Of a stretch of DNA of 39,296 bases, positions 8,493 to 18,038 are shown in pieces; the stretch's first letter is position 1, and each line of letters begins with the position of its first letter. The translations under genes and the position numbers were made by a program. The stretch spans positions 1 to 39,296 of the forward strand of contig JBBTYY010000063.1 in NCBI GenBank assembly GCA_038061615.1, written 5' to 3'. The notes under the pieces are model-generated. The model saw only the letters and a list, made by a program, of their open reading frames with translations. It was not told the origin of the DNA and made no database searches. The DNA comes from Patescibacteria group bacterium. Lineage in GTDB: Bacteria > Patescibacteriota > Microgenomatia > Levybacterales > UBA12049.

Positions 8493-9557
8493 TTATTTTT
8501 TACTTCTAATATGCGAAGCTTTGTACTCAAGTAAATTCTGTAGCAATCCTATTATAATAAGCAAATATGCAAAAGTAGAAGCTTTATTAACGGAAATTAT
8601 CCAATTAAAATATATACTAAATACAGATAAAGAAATAATTATAAATGCTAAAGTAAAAGTTACCTTACTTTTAAATTTATTTAAATAAATGGCATAAATC
8701 CAAAAACCAAGAAACCCAAGCATAAACCCTATAATTACATCTTTTAAAAAGATTATATCGCTAAATATTAAACCAAAAACTAGAAACGTAAAAAATTTTC
8801 TACTAAAAACTATTTTCGGAATCTGCCTTTTGTCTTTTAGATCGGATGGAACATTTTCATATACTTTTATTTTTTCTATGATTATTATCCATATTAAGTA
8901 AAAAATAAGCGGGAGTAAAAATACCGAAGATGAAAACAAAGTATCGTTGCCAGTAAAAAATGTAAAGATCTTTTTGATTGCAAATTCCATAACTGATTGC
9001 TGGTCTCTAAAAATTTCAGCTTTGGAAAATTTATATTTTGAAATGTAGATAGGATTTTTATCTTTTATCTCTAAGGCGTTGTACGCGTTGCCATTTAGAG
9101 ATATTATTTCAAACTCGTAAATTTTTCCCTTAGAGTCACCTATGGGAGGAAAACCGAAAGGAGAGTAATCGAGTTTATTAAAAAAACCGCTATCATAGAT
9201 AGTTTCGTAATACCAGCTGTTCTTACCTTTTTCTCTAATATGAAATACTAATCTATCTGCATTTTCTAGATTATGAATACTAATCCCAAGACGGACTGAA
9301 ACAATTCCCAAGTTATTTTCTTCACCTGTAAATTCTCCAATTATTTTTTGATTTTTGAATATTTTACCTATAGGAAAATTATTATTCTTATCTCGGTTAT
9401 GATTGTATTGTAAAACCGTAAAACTTTTATAAGTACTGTATATTAATGAAAGAGAAAACCATAACAACAAAAGTATGCATGGAATTATAACCCATTTAAT
9501 TGTTCTATTTTGAATTAAGCTATCAAAAATTTTAAATAATTTTTTATTTAGTTTCAT
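8493..9557 (-). CDS. membrane protein of unknown function (TM anchor, ~170-aa extracytoplasmic domain, C-terminal TM bundle)
   Basis: The ORF-track start at 9590 is TTG. The first ATG is at 9557 (MKLNKKLF). The start overlaps the stop of 9544..11823 by 14 nt. I recognise no family motif. Confidence 0.6.
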   Translation of the reverse strand: MKLNKKLFKIFDSLIQNRTIKWVIIPCILLLLWFSLSLIYSTYKSFTVLQYNHNRDKNNNFPIGKIFKNQKIIGEFTGEENNLGIVSVRLGISIHNLENADRLVFHIREKGKNSWYYETIYDSGFFNKLDYSPFGFPPIGDSKGKIYEFEIISLNGNAYNALEIKDKNPIYISKYKFSKAEIFRDQQSVMEFAIKKIFTFFTGNDTLFSSSVFLLPLIFYLIWIIIIEKIKVYENVPSDLKDKRQIPKIVFSRKFFTFLVFGLIFSDIIFLKDVIIGFMLGFLGFWIYAIYLNKFKSKVTFTLAFIIISLSVFSIYFNWIISVNKASTFAYLLIIIGLLQNLLEYKASHIRSKK

Positions 9558-11823
9558 TTTTTTTATTTTTAATAAGATATGTTGTTCCAATTAATAAGCT
9601 TAATAAGGACATCGCTGTCCCGAGATACAAATATGATTGGGGCAAAAAATATAAAGTTAATACTACGTCAATGCTTCCGTCTTTATTTTGCTTATAAAAT
9701 AACTCGTCTAAACTATTTTTAATTGTATTTGAGCTTATTGTCCATTCATTCCCGTAAGGCTGTAATGCGTTGTGAGAATTATCAAAAATTGGCTCCTTAA
9801 TTAAGTAAAAAATATCAGTAAAATTACTAAAAATTGTATTTTCATAGTGTTTCTCGGACGGATATATCTTCCATCCCGGATGATAGGTTTCATAAAAAAA
9901 TAGTTTTTGTGAAATCTTTAGATTTTTTATTGTAATTTTATATTTTACTGGATTGATTTTTTCATAATAAGCACTATCATTAAAACTAATAATCGTCGGT
10001 GAATTTTTTAACTTATAAAGTATATAATTCCCATTTTGGCTCCGTATTAATTCACGCTCTGTAATTGAATTAATTAGCTTTTTGTCCTGAAATTTTAAAT
10101 AATTCTTATCAAATAGATATGAATCTTTGATCTCTGCGGGAATATTATTTGTTACCATAAGGTAGCCTACATTAATCTGATTTAAGATGACAAGAAGATT
10201 TTTATAGTTTCTTTTTGTTATTGACTCTCTAATATTGTCTGATATTGCTGTATGGAAAGATGAACTACCGCTAAGATCATTCACTCCGGTTAAAAATTTA
10301 AAAGGAGATGTTCCGATGTAAGCATTCTTACCGTTATCTTCAGTTATTACTGAATAAGATGCTATGTTTTGCGGAAAACCAATAATATTGAGTGTAGAAG
10401 GAACCGTTGATTTTACTTTTTCTACAAATGATAAATATTCTTGTGGCAAATTTACGGTTTTATATATATTTTTTGTTGTCCACATCGGACTGTTTACAAT
10501 TTGCTTTACGGGAATAAAATTAATTGCCACAACAATAATAACTGCAAACAATAATGGTATATAAAATTTGGGAAAAGATTTTTTAATTACATAAAAACAA
10601 AAAGATAAAAATGAAGCGTAAATAAAAATATAACCTAACGAAAACTTGTCTGTAAAGTTTCTGAATACAGAAAATCCGGGAATCTGTCCCAAAAGCAAAA
10701 AAAAATATTTAAGAAACCCAATATTAACTGTAAAAAAATAAAGCGCAGCAACGAATGAAATGAAAAAAAAGAGAAATATTTTCTCCTTATTACCACTTAA
10801 AACCTGTTTGTATTTAATAATCCCCAAAAACAAAACAATAATAAATATTAAACTTAAAGGTAAAACGTAATCAAAATAGCTAATGAAAATATTTTTCAAT
10901 TGCCAATCATAATCAAATGCTATTTGTCTATGATAAAATGTTAATAATGGATATATAATATTTCCCGTTGCAGTAGCTAATACTGTCGGAGAAAAGCTAT
11001 CAATTAGACCTTTAGATATTGCTTCTCCTCCTAAATCAGTTTCACCCCGATGTGTCAAAGACATAACAAAAGGAATTAGCCAAAATAGCTGACTTGAAAT
11101 AATAAATGAAATAAAAATTACAGTCTTTTTTAATCTTTTTTTAAGCGGGTTTTCTACAAAAATGAATAAAAAAATAACTCCAAACAATAAGGGCAATAAC
11201 ACTCCTACTAGCCATACGATTGCAAAATAAGCAATAGAAAGAAAAACAGACCATATAACCGCCTTAAAAATGTCTATATTCTTGCCCCTGCGGATAAAGC
11301 TGATGTAGTAGTAAAAAATAATAGGAACTAAAGCAATTAACCACACAGGGGTCAAAAAATGCGAGATATGACTAACGACTGTTATAGGAGATAAAACATA
11401 AATTAATGCCACCGTAAAAGATATTAAATACTCTTTACCTATAAGTTCACGGACAAATTTTTGAAAATATATAAATCCAAGAACAAGAGGCAACGAAAAT
11501 AAAAAATAAAAAAGATGTATTTTAGAATTTAATATTGCATCAAGTAACGATGAAACGATAAGAAAAGGTATAGAGTGAAAATTCTGAATATTTGATGGAA
11601 GGGAAGAAATATTAATCCAGGAAAAAAAAGTTAAACTTTTTAATACTTCCGTTGGGTAAGCGTAATAGAACCTGGTATCATCTCCGCCAAGAAAAAGTCT
11701 TCTTCCAAATAAATAATAAGGAAGATATAGTAAAAAACCGGCAACAAATAAATTTAATAAGATTACGACAATATTAAATTTTTTTTTATTTATTTTATCT
11801 AAAGATCGTTTTAAAAAAAACAT
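9544..11823 (-). CDS. large polytopic membrane protein, candidate GT-C glycosyltransferase (AftD/DUF3367-like or YfhO-like)
   Basis: 759 aa. The first loop reads LGGDDTRFYYAYPTEVLKSL, which resembles the D-T-K..P start of arabinofuranosyltransferase-like GT-C proteins. About 14 hydrophobic helices are followed by a ~300-aa soluble C-terminal domain containing YETYHPGWKIY, the same PGW motif seen in the YfhO-like paralogues here. Confidence 0.5.
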   Translation of the reverse strand: MFFLKRSLDKINKKKFNIVVILLNLFVAGFLLYLPYYLFGRRLFLGGDDTRFYYAYPTEVLKSLTFFSWINISSLPSNIQNFHSIPFLIVSSLLDAILNSKIHLFYFLFSLPLVLGFIYFQKFVRELIGKEYLISFTVALIYVLSPITVVSHISHFLTPVWLIALVPIIFYYYISFIRRGKNIDIFKAVIWSVFLSIAYFAIVWLVGVLLPLLFGVIFLFIFVENPLKKRLKKTVIFISFIISSQLFWLIPFVMSLTHRGETDLGGEAISKGLIDSFSPTVLATATGNIIYPLLTFYHRQIAFDYDWQLKNIFISYFDYVLPLSLIFIIVLFLGIIKYKQVLSGNKEKIFLFFFISFVAALYFFTVNIGFLKYFFLLLGQIPGFSVFRNFTDKFSLGYIFIYASFLSFCFYVIKKSFPKFYIPLLFAVIIVVAINFIPVKQIVNSPMWTTKNIYKTVNLPQEYLSFVEKVKSTVPSTLNIIGFPQNIASYSVITEDNGKNAYIGTSPFKFLTGVNDLSGSSSFHTAISDNIRESITKRNYKNLLVILNQINVGYLMVTNNIPAEIKDSYLFDKNYLKFQDKKLINSITERELIRSQNGNYILYKLKNSPTIISFNDSAYYEKINPVKYKITIKNLKISQKLFFYETYHPGWKIYPSEKHYENTIFSNFTDIFYLIKEPIFDNSHNALQPYGNEWTISSNTIKNSLDELFYKQNKDGSIDVVLTLYFLPQSYLYLGTAMSLLSLLIGTTYLIKNKKNETK

Positions 11824-11839
11824 ATGCAGGGAATTATTA

Positions 11840-12445
11840 TTAGATATTTTTTATAACTTTAGCGGGATTTCCAACCGCAACAGAATTAGCTGGTACATCT
11901 TTAGTAACTATAGAGCCTGCTCCTATTACAGCCCTGTCACCAATAGTTACCCCAGGCAATATTACCGCATGAGTGCCAATCCATACATTTTTTCCAATTA
12001 TTACAGACTTTATTTCATATCCCTGCTCAAATATTAGTTTTTTACTATCTGTATATTTATGATTAAAATCTGTAATAAAACAATATGCAGCAATCCAGGT
12101 ATTATTACCAATAATAATTTTATCTTGAGCCATAAGAAAACAACCATCATCTATTAAAACATTTCTACCAATCTGAATTTTTCCGGCAAAACCTGCGCTA
12201 ATCCTTGTATTTTTGCCAATTCTTGTTTTTTCACCGACTGAAACTGAATGTTTATAACTCTGAAAAAAATCATTTCCGCCCGATAAGGTCACCAACCAAT
12301 TTAAATCATAACCTCTCAAACGCAATAAAATAATAAAAATAACGGAACGTATTCTTGTTACAATAATTATTAACAAATGAATGAGGGTTTCAAATAAGCC
12401 CTTATTCCTTATCGCATTAAAAAATATAACAACGTTTTTTTTCAT
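11840..12445 (-). CDS. hexapeptide-repeat (LbH) O-acyltransferase, WbbJ/maltose-acetyltransferase-like
   Basis: IGKNVWIGTHAVILPGVTIGDRAVIGAGSIVTKDVPANSVAVGNPAKVIK, with an N-terminal hydrophobic helix. ATGA overlap with the upstream gene. Confidence 0.85.
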   Translation of the reverse strand: MKKNVVIFFNAIRNKGLFETLIHLLIIIVTRIRSVIFIILLRLRGYDLNWLVTLSGGNDFFQSYKHSVSVGEKTRIGKNTRISAGFAGKIQIGRNVLIDDGCFLMAQDKIIIGNNTWIAAYCFITDFNHKYTDSKKLIFEQGYEIKSVIIGKNVWIGTHAVILPGVTIGDRAVIGAGSIVTKDVPANSVAVGNPAKVIKNI

Positions 12446-13083
12446 AGGTCTCTTTGTATTATTTTTACCGCATATAAATCAAATGATAAAGAAGCAAATG
12501 GAAAAAATATTATTTCCGATATAAAAGACATGGCTCCCCAAAAAATCCATGGTTTATATTTTATCCCTGCATGATCATCTCTTAAGAATTTAAGCCCTCT
12601 TAAACCATAAACTTTATATCCTAAATTTTCCAAGTCTTTTTTTGTCCATCCCGACTTATGAACTTGATGCGGATTACCATCGTAATCATGCTGTTCATAA
12701 AAACCGTTTGGCGTCAAAAGTACCACTTTATTTTTAGCGATAGCTTCCATATCTTTAATCAGCTTTAACGCGTCTTTTTTATTAAAATGCTCAATTACAT
12801 CAATAGCAACACATGCATCAAAACTTTTCTTTTTATAAAGCTTAGATAATTTTGTTATATCACCAAGTTTATATTTATCATGTAATTTCTTTTTGCGGCT
12901 TTGCGCAATAGTTTCTTTATGTATATCTATACCCTCACTCTTAAACTTTCTTCTAATTTTTCCGACTGCTGAACTATGACCGCAACCCACATCTAAAACC
13001 GACTTATAATTATCTAATTGATTTTCTAAAATTTTATAAAAAAAAATATTTTGATATTTTAAGAAAAAATTTTTAAAGTTCAT
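12442..13083 (-). CDS. class I SAM-dependent methyltransferase
   Basis: Motif I VLDVGCGHSS, then EGIDI and AIDVIEHF. 213 aa. Confidence 0.8.
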   Translation of the reverse strand: MNFKNFFLKYQNIFFYKILENQLDNYKSVLDVGCGHSSAVGKIRRKFKSEGIDIHKETIAQSRKKKLHDKYKLGDITKLSKLYKKKSFDACVAIDVIEHFNKKDALKLIKDMEAIAKNKVVLLTPNGFYEQHDYDGNPHQVHKSGWTKKDLENLGYKVYGLRGLKFLRDDHAGIKYKPWIFWGAMSFISEIIFFPFASLSFDLYAVKIIQRDL

Positions 13084-13106
13084 AATCTGATTAACACAAC
13101 ATGCAA

Positions 13107-14342
13107 TTACATTTGCTTAAATGCGTTTAAAAATGTGTTCTCCCAAGTGCTATTTTTTGCAAAAAGCATAGCACTTCTTCTCAATTTCAAATATAAATTA
13201 GCATCGTTAAAAATTTTTACAATAGCATTCGCAAAGCTTTTTGAATTATCATTTGCTATGATTGCTCCTCCTATTTTTTCTACTTCTCTTCCTAAGGGTG
13301 GTACATGTGAGCTTATAACTGGCAATCCGGAAGCACAGTATGCTCTAATTTTACCAGCATCAGCATAATGTCTTACTGAACCCGGAATATCCCTATAAGG
13401 CGCAAGCCCTACTGCACACTTTCTAATTAACTTAGACATTTCTATACTACTTGAAACAAATCCGTAAAAAATAACTGACTTTTCTAATGTATTTTTTTTA
13501 ATAATTTTTTTTAACCACGTTGTTTCCTTTTCAATTCCCCCAATTACATGCAAGTTAGCATCCGGGAACTTTTGCTTAACTAAAGCTAAAGCTTCAATTG
13601 CCACATCCGGTCCGTTTTCCTGACCTAATGTCCCCATATAGACCATGGAATGTTTGTCAATTTCCGAAACTGGGCTCGCTTTAATTTGGCTTGGATATAA
13701 ACCATTGGGAACATTAATTACAGGAGCGGATTTTGTAGAATCAAGGCCTGCTTTAATGCGCGCCGGCTGCATTGCTTTTGAAACGTCCCAAATATAGTCA
13801 ACGTGAACTGCGCAAAACCGGTCAAGAGCAAGATATAGCCAATTAAACCACTTATTTGGATATCTATTTGGCGAATAATCAGAAACATAATATACTACTT
13901 TTCTCACTCTCCCAATTTTTCGCAAGAGAATACCCGCAATAGTATTTACACTTTCTAAACCGATAAAATAATCAAAATGTGTTTTATCTCTAAATGACCA
14001 GTCTATCACTGATAAAAAATCCCTAATCTTAAATCTAATTTGAGTATTTTCTGAATGAGACATTTCTAATAATGGTTTCAACCAATAAACAAAAATAGAA
14101 GAATTATGCGTTTTAAATTTCATATTGTTGTTACGATATTCTTCTATTTTAGGCATTACTCCATGGCTACCTGGATGGAGTTGATCAATTATTACTAATT
14201 TTTTTACTCGTGGAACTAAAAAATCTCTTAAAGGCTCTATGCTTCCATTTGTCGGTAAACGCTTGTTATCTATCCATTTGGAAAATGTAGCAAATAACAC
14301 AGAGGAATTATTTGATAATGGGGTTTTATTCTTTTTTGTCAT
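13107..14342 (-). CDS. divergent GT-B (GT4-like) glycosyltransferase, paralogue of 411..1574
   Basis: GT-B C-terminal domain (LHVIGG...VIFYGFV...GLPVISSH). The canonical EX7E motif is replaced by HYADAGKIRAYCASG. The start overlaps the upstream SDR gene by 17 nt. Confidence 0.7.
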   Translation of the reverse strand: MTKKNKTPLSNNSSVLFATFSKWIDNKRLPTNGSIEPLRDFLVPRVKKLVIIDQLHPGSHGVMPKIEEYRNNNMKFKTHNSSIFVYWLKPLLEMSHSENTQIRFKIRDFLSVIDWSFRDKTHFDYFIGLESVNTIAGILLRKIGRVRKVVYYVSDYSPNRYPNKWFNWLYLALDRFCAVHVDYIWDVSKAMQPARIKAGLDSTKSAPVINVPNGLYPSQIKASPVSEIDKHSMVYMGTLGQENGPDVAIEALALVKQKFPDANLHVIGGIEKETTWLKKIIKKNTLEKSVIFYGFVSSSIEMSKLIRKCAVGLAPYRDIPGSVRHYADAGKIRAYCASGLPVISSHVPPLGREVEKIGGAIIANDNSKSFANAIVKIFNDANLYLKLRRSAMLFAKNSTWENTFLNAFKQM

Positions 14343-15153
14343 TCTTTAATATTTCTTTTGCCTGGTTAACTATTTTTTGAATACCGTCTTTTAGTTCAAT
14401 ACTTGGAAGCCAGCCAGGCACCCTCCCCATATTATCTGCAGGTAAAGGATCGTGTCCTTTTATTTTACCAGGAATTAATTTAGCCCCTGTTGAATCAGAA
14501 ATTATTTGCGCAATATCAATTATTCTAACCCATTCGTAACTACTGGCATCATAGACAGTTTTTCGTAAATCTTTTGTATTTAAAGCCATATAGAAAGCAT
14601 TACAAAGGTCATTGATATGGGTAAACTGACGCCATTCTTGTCCGTTTGTCATCATTGTGATTTTACCTGTTTGTAAAGCCTGATAAATAAAATCAGATAT
14701 TACATGACTTTTAATATCCTGTTCTTCCATTACTCCGTAAGCATTCCAGACCCTAACGCAAACGCCTTTAAGCAAATTTGTCCAAACTTCTCCTAATCTT
14801 TTAGTTGAACCATATACTGTATCTGCCTCTTCTGTTAATTGGCTTGAAACAAAAAGAAAATCTGTCTTTTTTTGCTCTTCCAACTGATTAAATATATTAG
14901 TAATTAAAGCCAAATTCCATTTTAATTGAGACATTTGAAGTTTAGGTTCGTAGAGATATTTTGAACCTCCTACGTCCCAGGCGAGAAAATAAATTTTATC
15001 TATCTTCTTAAAATCGAACTTAAAAAACCTTCCGTCCTCTTTTTCATTTTGTTTAATATCAAAGCGAATTGCTTTTTCTTGTTTGTTTTCTAAATATTTA
15101 CAAAAAGGCTTGCCTATAAAGCCTTCTGAACCAATAACTAAATTTGTAATCAT
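14326..15153 (-). CDS. short extended-SDR NAD(P)-dependent sugar epimerase/reductase
   Basis: VIGSEGFIGKPF (GxxGxxG) and YGSTK (YxxxK). 275 aa. It lies 15 nt downstream of the GME-like gene. Confidence 0.75.
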   Translation of the reverse strand: MITNLVIGSEGFIGKPFCKYLENKQEKAIRFDIKQNEKEDGRFFKFDFKKIDKIYFLAWDVGGSKYLYEPKLQMSQLKWNLALITNIFNQLEEQKKTDFLFVSSQLTEEADTVYGSTKRLGEVWTNLLKGVCVRVWNAYGVMEEQDIKSHVISDFIYQALQTGKITMMTNGQEWRQFTHINDLCNAFYMALNTKDLRKTVYDASSYEWVRIIDIAQIISDSTGAKLIPGKIKGHDPLPADNMGRVPGWLPSIELKDGIQKIVNQAKEILKNDKKE

Positions 15154-15168
15154 ATAAAATTGTGGAGA

Positions 15169-16143
15169 TTATTTACCGGACTTATGTACCTGTTTATCAA
15201 TCCAAGCGTAAGTTTTTTCTAATCCGTTATATAAAAGTGTAGTAGGCTTCCAACCAAGTTTTTTTTGAATTAATTTATTATCCGATTTTCTGCCCCTAAC
15301 TCCTTGCGGTCCTTTAATATGCTTAATTTTTAATTTCTTTCCTGCTATTTTCATAACCATTCTTGCTAATTCATTTATGGAAACCATTTCTTCCGAACCA
15401 ATATTAACAGGGCCTGTAAAACTAGAATTCATAAGTCTTCGTACTCCTTCAAGACATTCATCAATATATAAAAAACTTCTTGTTTGCTTTCCATCTCCCC
15501 ACATATCTATCACTCCATTATTTTTTGCTTCTGCTACTTTCCTACAAATTGCCGCAGGCGCTTTTTCTTTTCCGCCTTTCCAAGTTCCTTCCGAACCGAA
15601 TATATTATGAAATCTTGCTATTCTTACCTTTAACCCAAAATTTTTATAGTATGCCAAATATAATCTTTCGCTAAAAATCTTCTCCCAGCCATATTCACTA
15701 TCAGGCGCTGCCGGATATGCAGATTCTTCTGAAAGTTTAGGATTTTTTGTATCCATCTGATTATATTCTGGATAAATACAAGCAGAAGATGAATAAAATA
15801 TTTTATCTGATTTTGAATACATCATTGCTTCTAAAACATTTAAATTAATGAGCGCGCTATTATGCATAATATTTGCATCGTTATCTCCTGTAAAAATGTA
15901 GCCCGCCCCTCCCATATCTGCTGCTAATTGATAAACTTCGTCAAATTTTTTATTAAAAACTTTTTTAACAAATAATTGATTTCTTAAATCTCCGAGGATA
16001 AATTCATCCGCTTCCGATTTAGAATACTCCGGTTTTTTTAAATCAACCCCCCTAACCCAAAATCCTTCTTTTTTAAGTTTTTTAACCAAATGGCTTCCAA
16101 TAAATCCTCCTGCCCCTAAAACTAATGCTTTTCCCCTATTCAT
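15169..16143 (-). CDS. GDP-mannose 3,5-epimerase-like extended SDR
   Basis: Near-colinear match, from memory, to plant GME. Shared strings are GAGGFIGSH, LAADMGGAGYI, SSSACIYPEY (catalytic Cys), YGWEK (YxxxK), RFHNIFG..GTWKGGKEKAPAAICRK, MWGDGKQTRSF.YIDECLEGV, PVNIGSEEMVSINE and GPQGVRGRKSDN.LI.KKLGW. Confidence 0.8.
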   Translation of the reverse strand: MNRGKALVLGAGGFIGSHLVKKLKKEGFWVRGVDLKKPEYSKSEADEFILGDLRNQLFVKKVFNKKFDEVYQLAADMGGAGYIFTGDNDANIMHNSALINLNVLEAMMYSKSDKIFYSSSACIYPEYNQMDTKNPKLSEESAYPAAPDSEYGWEKIFSERLYLAYYKNFGLKVRIARFHNIFGSEGTWKGGKEKAPAAICRKVAEAKNNGVIDMWGDGKQTRSFLYIDECLEGVRRLMNSSFTGPVNIGSEEMVSINELARMVMKIAGKKLKIKHIKGPQGVRGRKSDNKLIQKKLGWKPTTLLYNGLEKTYAWIDKQVHKSGK

Positions 16144-16261
16144 ATTTTAAAACTAGATGTAAGTAATTTAACATATTTTTCTAAAACTTAAAAGACTTTT
16201 CATTAAACATACTTGTCGCAAGACTGTAAATTAAATCAATTATAAATAAAATATTTTTTAT

Positions 16262-17206
16262 CTAAAGCATGACCTTATTAAAATAATCCTTATACCAAAC
16301 AAGTGTTTTTTTAAGACCCGCGTCCAATGCGTACCCTGGCTTCCAAGCAAGAATACGACTTGCTTTTTTAGATGATAGATATTGAACAGTAATTTCGTTT
16401 GATCTTTTTTTATTAAGAATTTTAATAGAAAGATTGGCTCCGGATAAATCAATAATTTTTTCAATTAAATCTTTTACTGAAATCAAATTTCCTGTTCCAA
16501 AATTATAAATTCTATTTCTCTCCACCAATTTTTTATCAAGTTTTCCAAGGCTCACATATGCATCTATAGCGTCATCTATATAGATATAATCTCTCATGGC
16601 GCTTCCACCCCACATTTCAGGACTCTTACCATTAAGAACATTTTTTATAGTTTTTGGTATCAATCTGTTAAGATTTAAATCTCCAGGTCCATAAATATTA
16701 ACAAACCTAGGTATTAGTACAGGTAAATTAAAACTGTCTGCATAAGATTGTGCCAGTAAATCTGTGCATGCTTTTGACGTCTCATACGGTCTGGACGGAC
16801 GCGGAGTATATTCTTCTAGATAGGGGACAGGATTATCTCCATACACATGAGCTGTTGAAGCTATAATGATTTTTTCTAAATTATTTTTTCTGGCAATTTC
16901 TAGAATATTTAACGTGCCCTCTATGTTTACCTTGAAAGTTTCAAAAGGACGACTTTGTCCCTCCTCAACCAGAGATTCGCCTGCAAGGTGATAACAAATT
17001 TGAATCTTTTTATCTTTTATAAACTTATCTATTTCTTTATAGTTAAGTACATCTGCTTTAAGAATTTTATTTCCATCTCCAGATGATTTTGAAATCCCAA
17101 AAACTATTACCCCTAAGAAGCTTAAACGTTTTTCAAGAGCCTTACCTATAAATCCATTTATCCCTGTTATTAAAATTCTTTTATTTTTAAAATCGCTATC
17201 TTTCAT
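16262..17206 (-). CDS. NAD-dependent epimerase/dehydratase family protein (extended SDR)
   Basis: ILITGINGFIGKAL, STAHVYG, PYETSKACTD (YxxxK) and RFVNIYGPGD. It lacks the TDE motif typical of 4,6-dehydratases, so an epimerase or reductase is more likely. Confidence 0.75.
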   Translation of the reverse strand: MKDSDFKNKRILITGINGFIGKALEKRLSFLGVIVFGISKSSGDGNKILKADVLNYKEIDKFIKDKKIQICYHLAGESLVEEGQSRPFETFKVNIEGTLNILEIARKNNLEKIIIASTAHVYGDNPVPYLEEYTPRPSRPYETSKACTDLLAQSYADSFNLPVLIPRFVNIYGPGDLNLNRLIPKTIKNVLNGKSPEMWGGSAMRDYIYIDDAIDAYVSLGKLDKKLVERNRIYNFGTGNLISVKDLIEKIIDLSGANLSIKILNKKRSNEITVQYLSSKKASRILAWKPGYALDAGLKKTLVWYKDYFNKVML

Positions 17207-17207
17207 A

Positions 17208-18038
17208 TTATTCTTTTTTTAGAATTAATCCCAAGAAACCTGCCATAACTTCAGCACTTCTTAAAATTATTATACCAACTGTTATAACGGGATTTTTTGC
17301 AAATATTTTCCAATGTTTTATATATGCTTTTTTAAAAGGAAAGAACTGCTTGGCAGCAATGTCTGGATATCGCTTTAAGTATTTTCTAAAAGCCTTGCTA
17401 TAATAATATTTCTTTTTAATTCTGCCAAAAAATAATGTTTTTCCTTCGTCATGATAGATTATACTTTTTATCTTTCCTATTCTACCTCTAGCTTGCATTT
17501 TATAATGGAAATCCGAGTCTTCAACTCCTACAATAGTAATGTCGTAACCTCCAATTGCTATTGCATCTTTTTTTCTAAAAAATCTGCAACATTCATTCAT
17601 ACCATCTTCAAGAACATTACTAACATACCTTTCTGTTGCTACACATTTAGTCCAAAATCCTTCGCCTATTGAAATTTCAGGAATATTAAGCGCTATGTAA
17701 TTATTATTTTTCAGCGTCTCGTAACAGTCTTTAACTACATCTTTTGTTAAATACATATCCTGGTCTATAGTTAAAATAAGTCCTCCCCGCGCTTCCTTTA
17801 TTCCTCTATTTCTTTGAATACTTCTTTCTGGTCCATCCTGAAGGTATCTAGCATATTTTTTTATTATTCTCCTACATCTATTTTGATTATCATTATCATA
17901 ATACAAGCTATCTATTGCAATAATTTCTATATTTGGATATGTTTGCTTTTTAATAGACAAGAGGCATTTTTCTATAGTTCTTGCTGAATCGTAAGTTGGT
18001 ATAACTATTGTTATCAATGGGAATTTTCTATTGTTCAT
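17208..18038 (-). CDS. family 2 glycosyltransferase
   Basis: ITIVIPTYDSARTIEKCLLSIKKQTYPNIEIIAIDS and IDQDM (DxD). Hydrophobic C-terminal helix. Confidence 0.85.
   Translation of the reverse strand: MNNRKFPLITIVIPTYDSARTIEKCLLSIKKQTYPNIEIIAIDSLYYDNDNQNRCRRIIKKYARYLQDGPERSIQRNRGIKEARGGLILTIDQDMYLTKDVVKDCYETLKNNNYIALNIPEISIGEGFWTKCVATERYVSNVLEDGMNECCRFFRKKDAIAIGGYDITIVGVEDSDFHYKMQARGRIGKIKSIIYHDEGKTLFFGRIKKKYYYSKAFRKYLKRYPDIAAKQFFPFKKAYIKHWKIFAKNPVITVGIIILRSAEVMAGFLGLILKKE

Noticed and set aside
13758-13770. 13-nt all-G/C run gcgcgccggctgc flanked by aatgc/gcatt arms inside GT-B gene 13107..14342, possibly a second GC-rich element.
   Set aside because: It is short, the stem is only 5-6 bp, and it encodes QPAR within an otherwise ordinary region. 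The evidence is too weak to call an element. It is worth re-examining only if CCTGCC-type palindromes recur elsewhere in the genome.
16205-16225. Small hairpin (cttg-cga-caag on the minus strand) in the 118-nt gap 16144..16261, considered as a terminator or regulatory RNA.
   Set aside because: It has only a 4-bp stem and no following U-run. The gap is more simply an internal promoter or spacer region.
16258-16464. Same-strand alternative-frame ORFs of 68-85 aa (16258..16464, 21271..21516, 33694..33951, 36779..37009).
   Set aside because: They are embedded in longer CDS whose frames carry clear family motifs, and they have no independent support.
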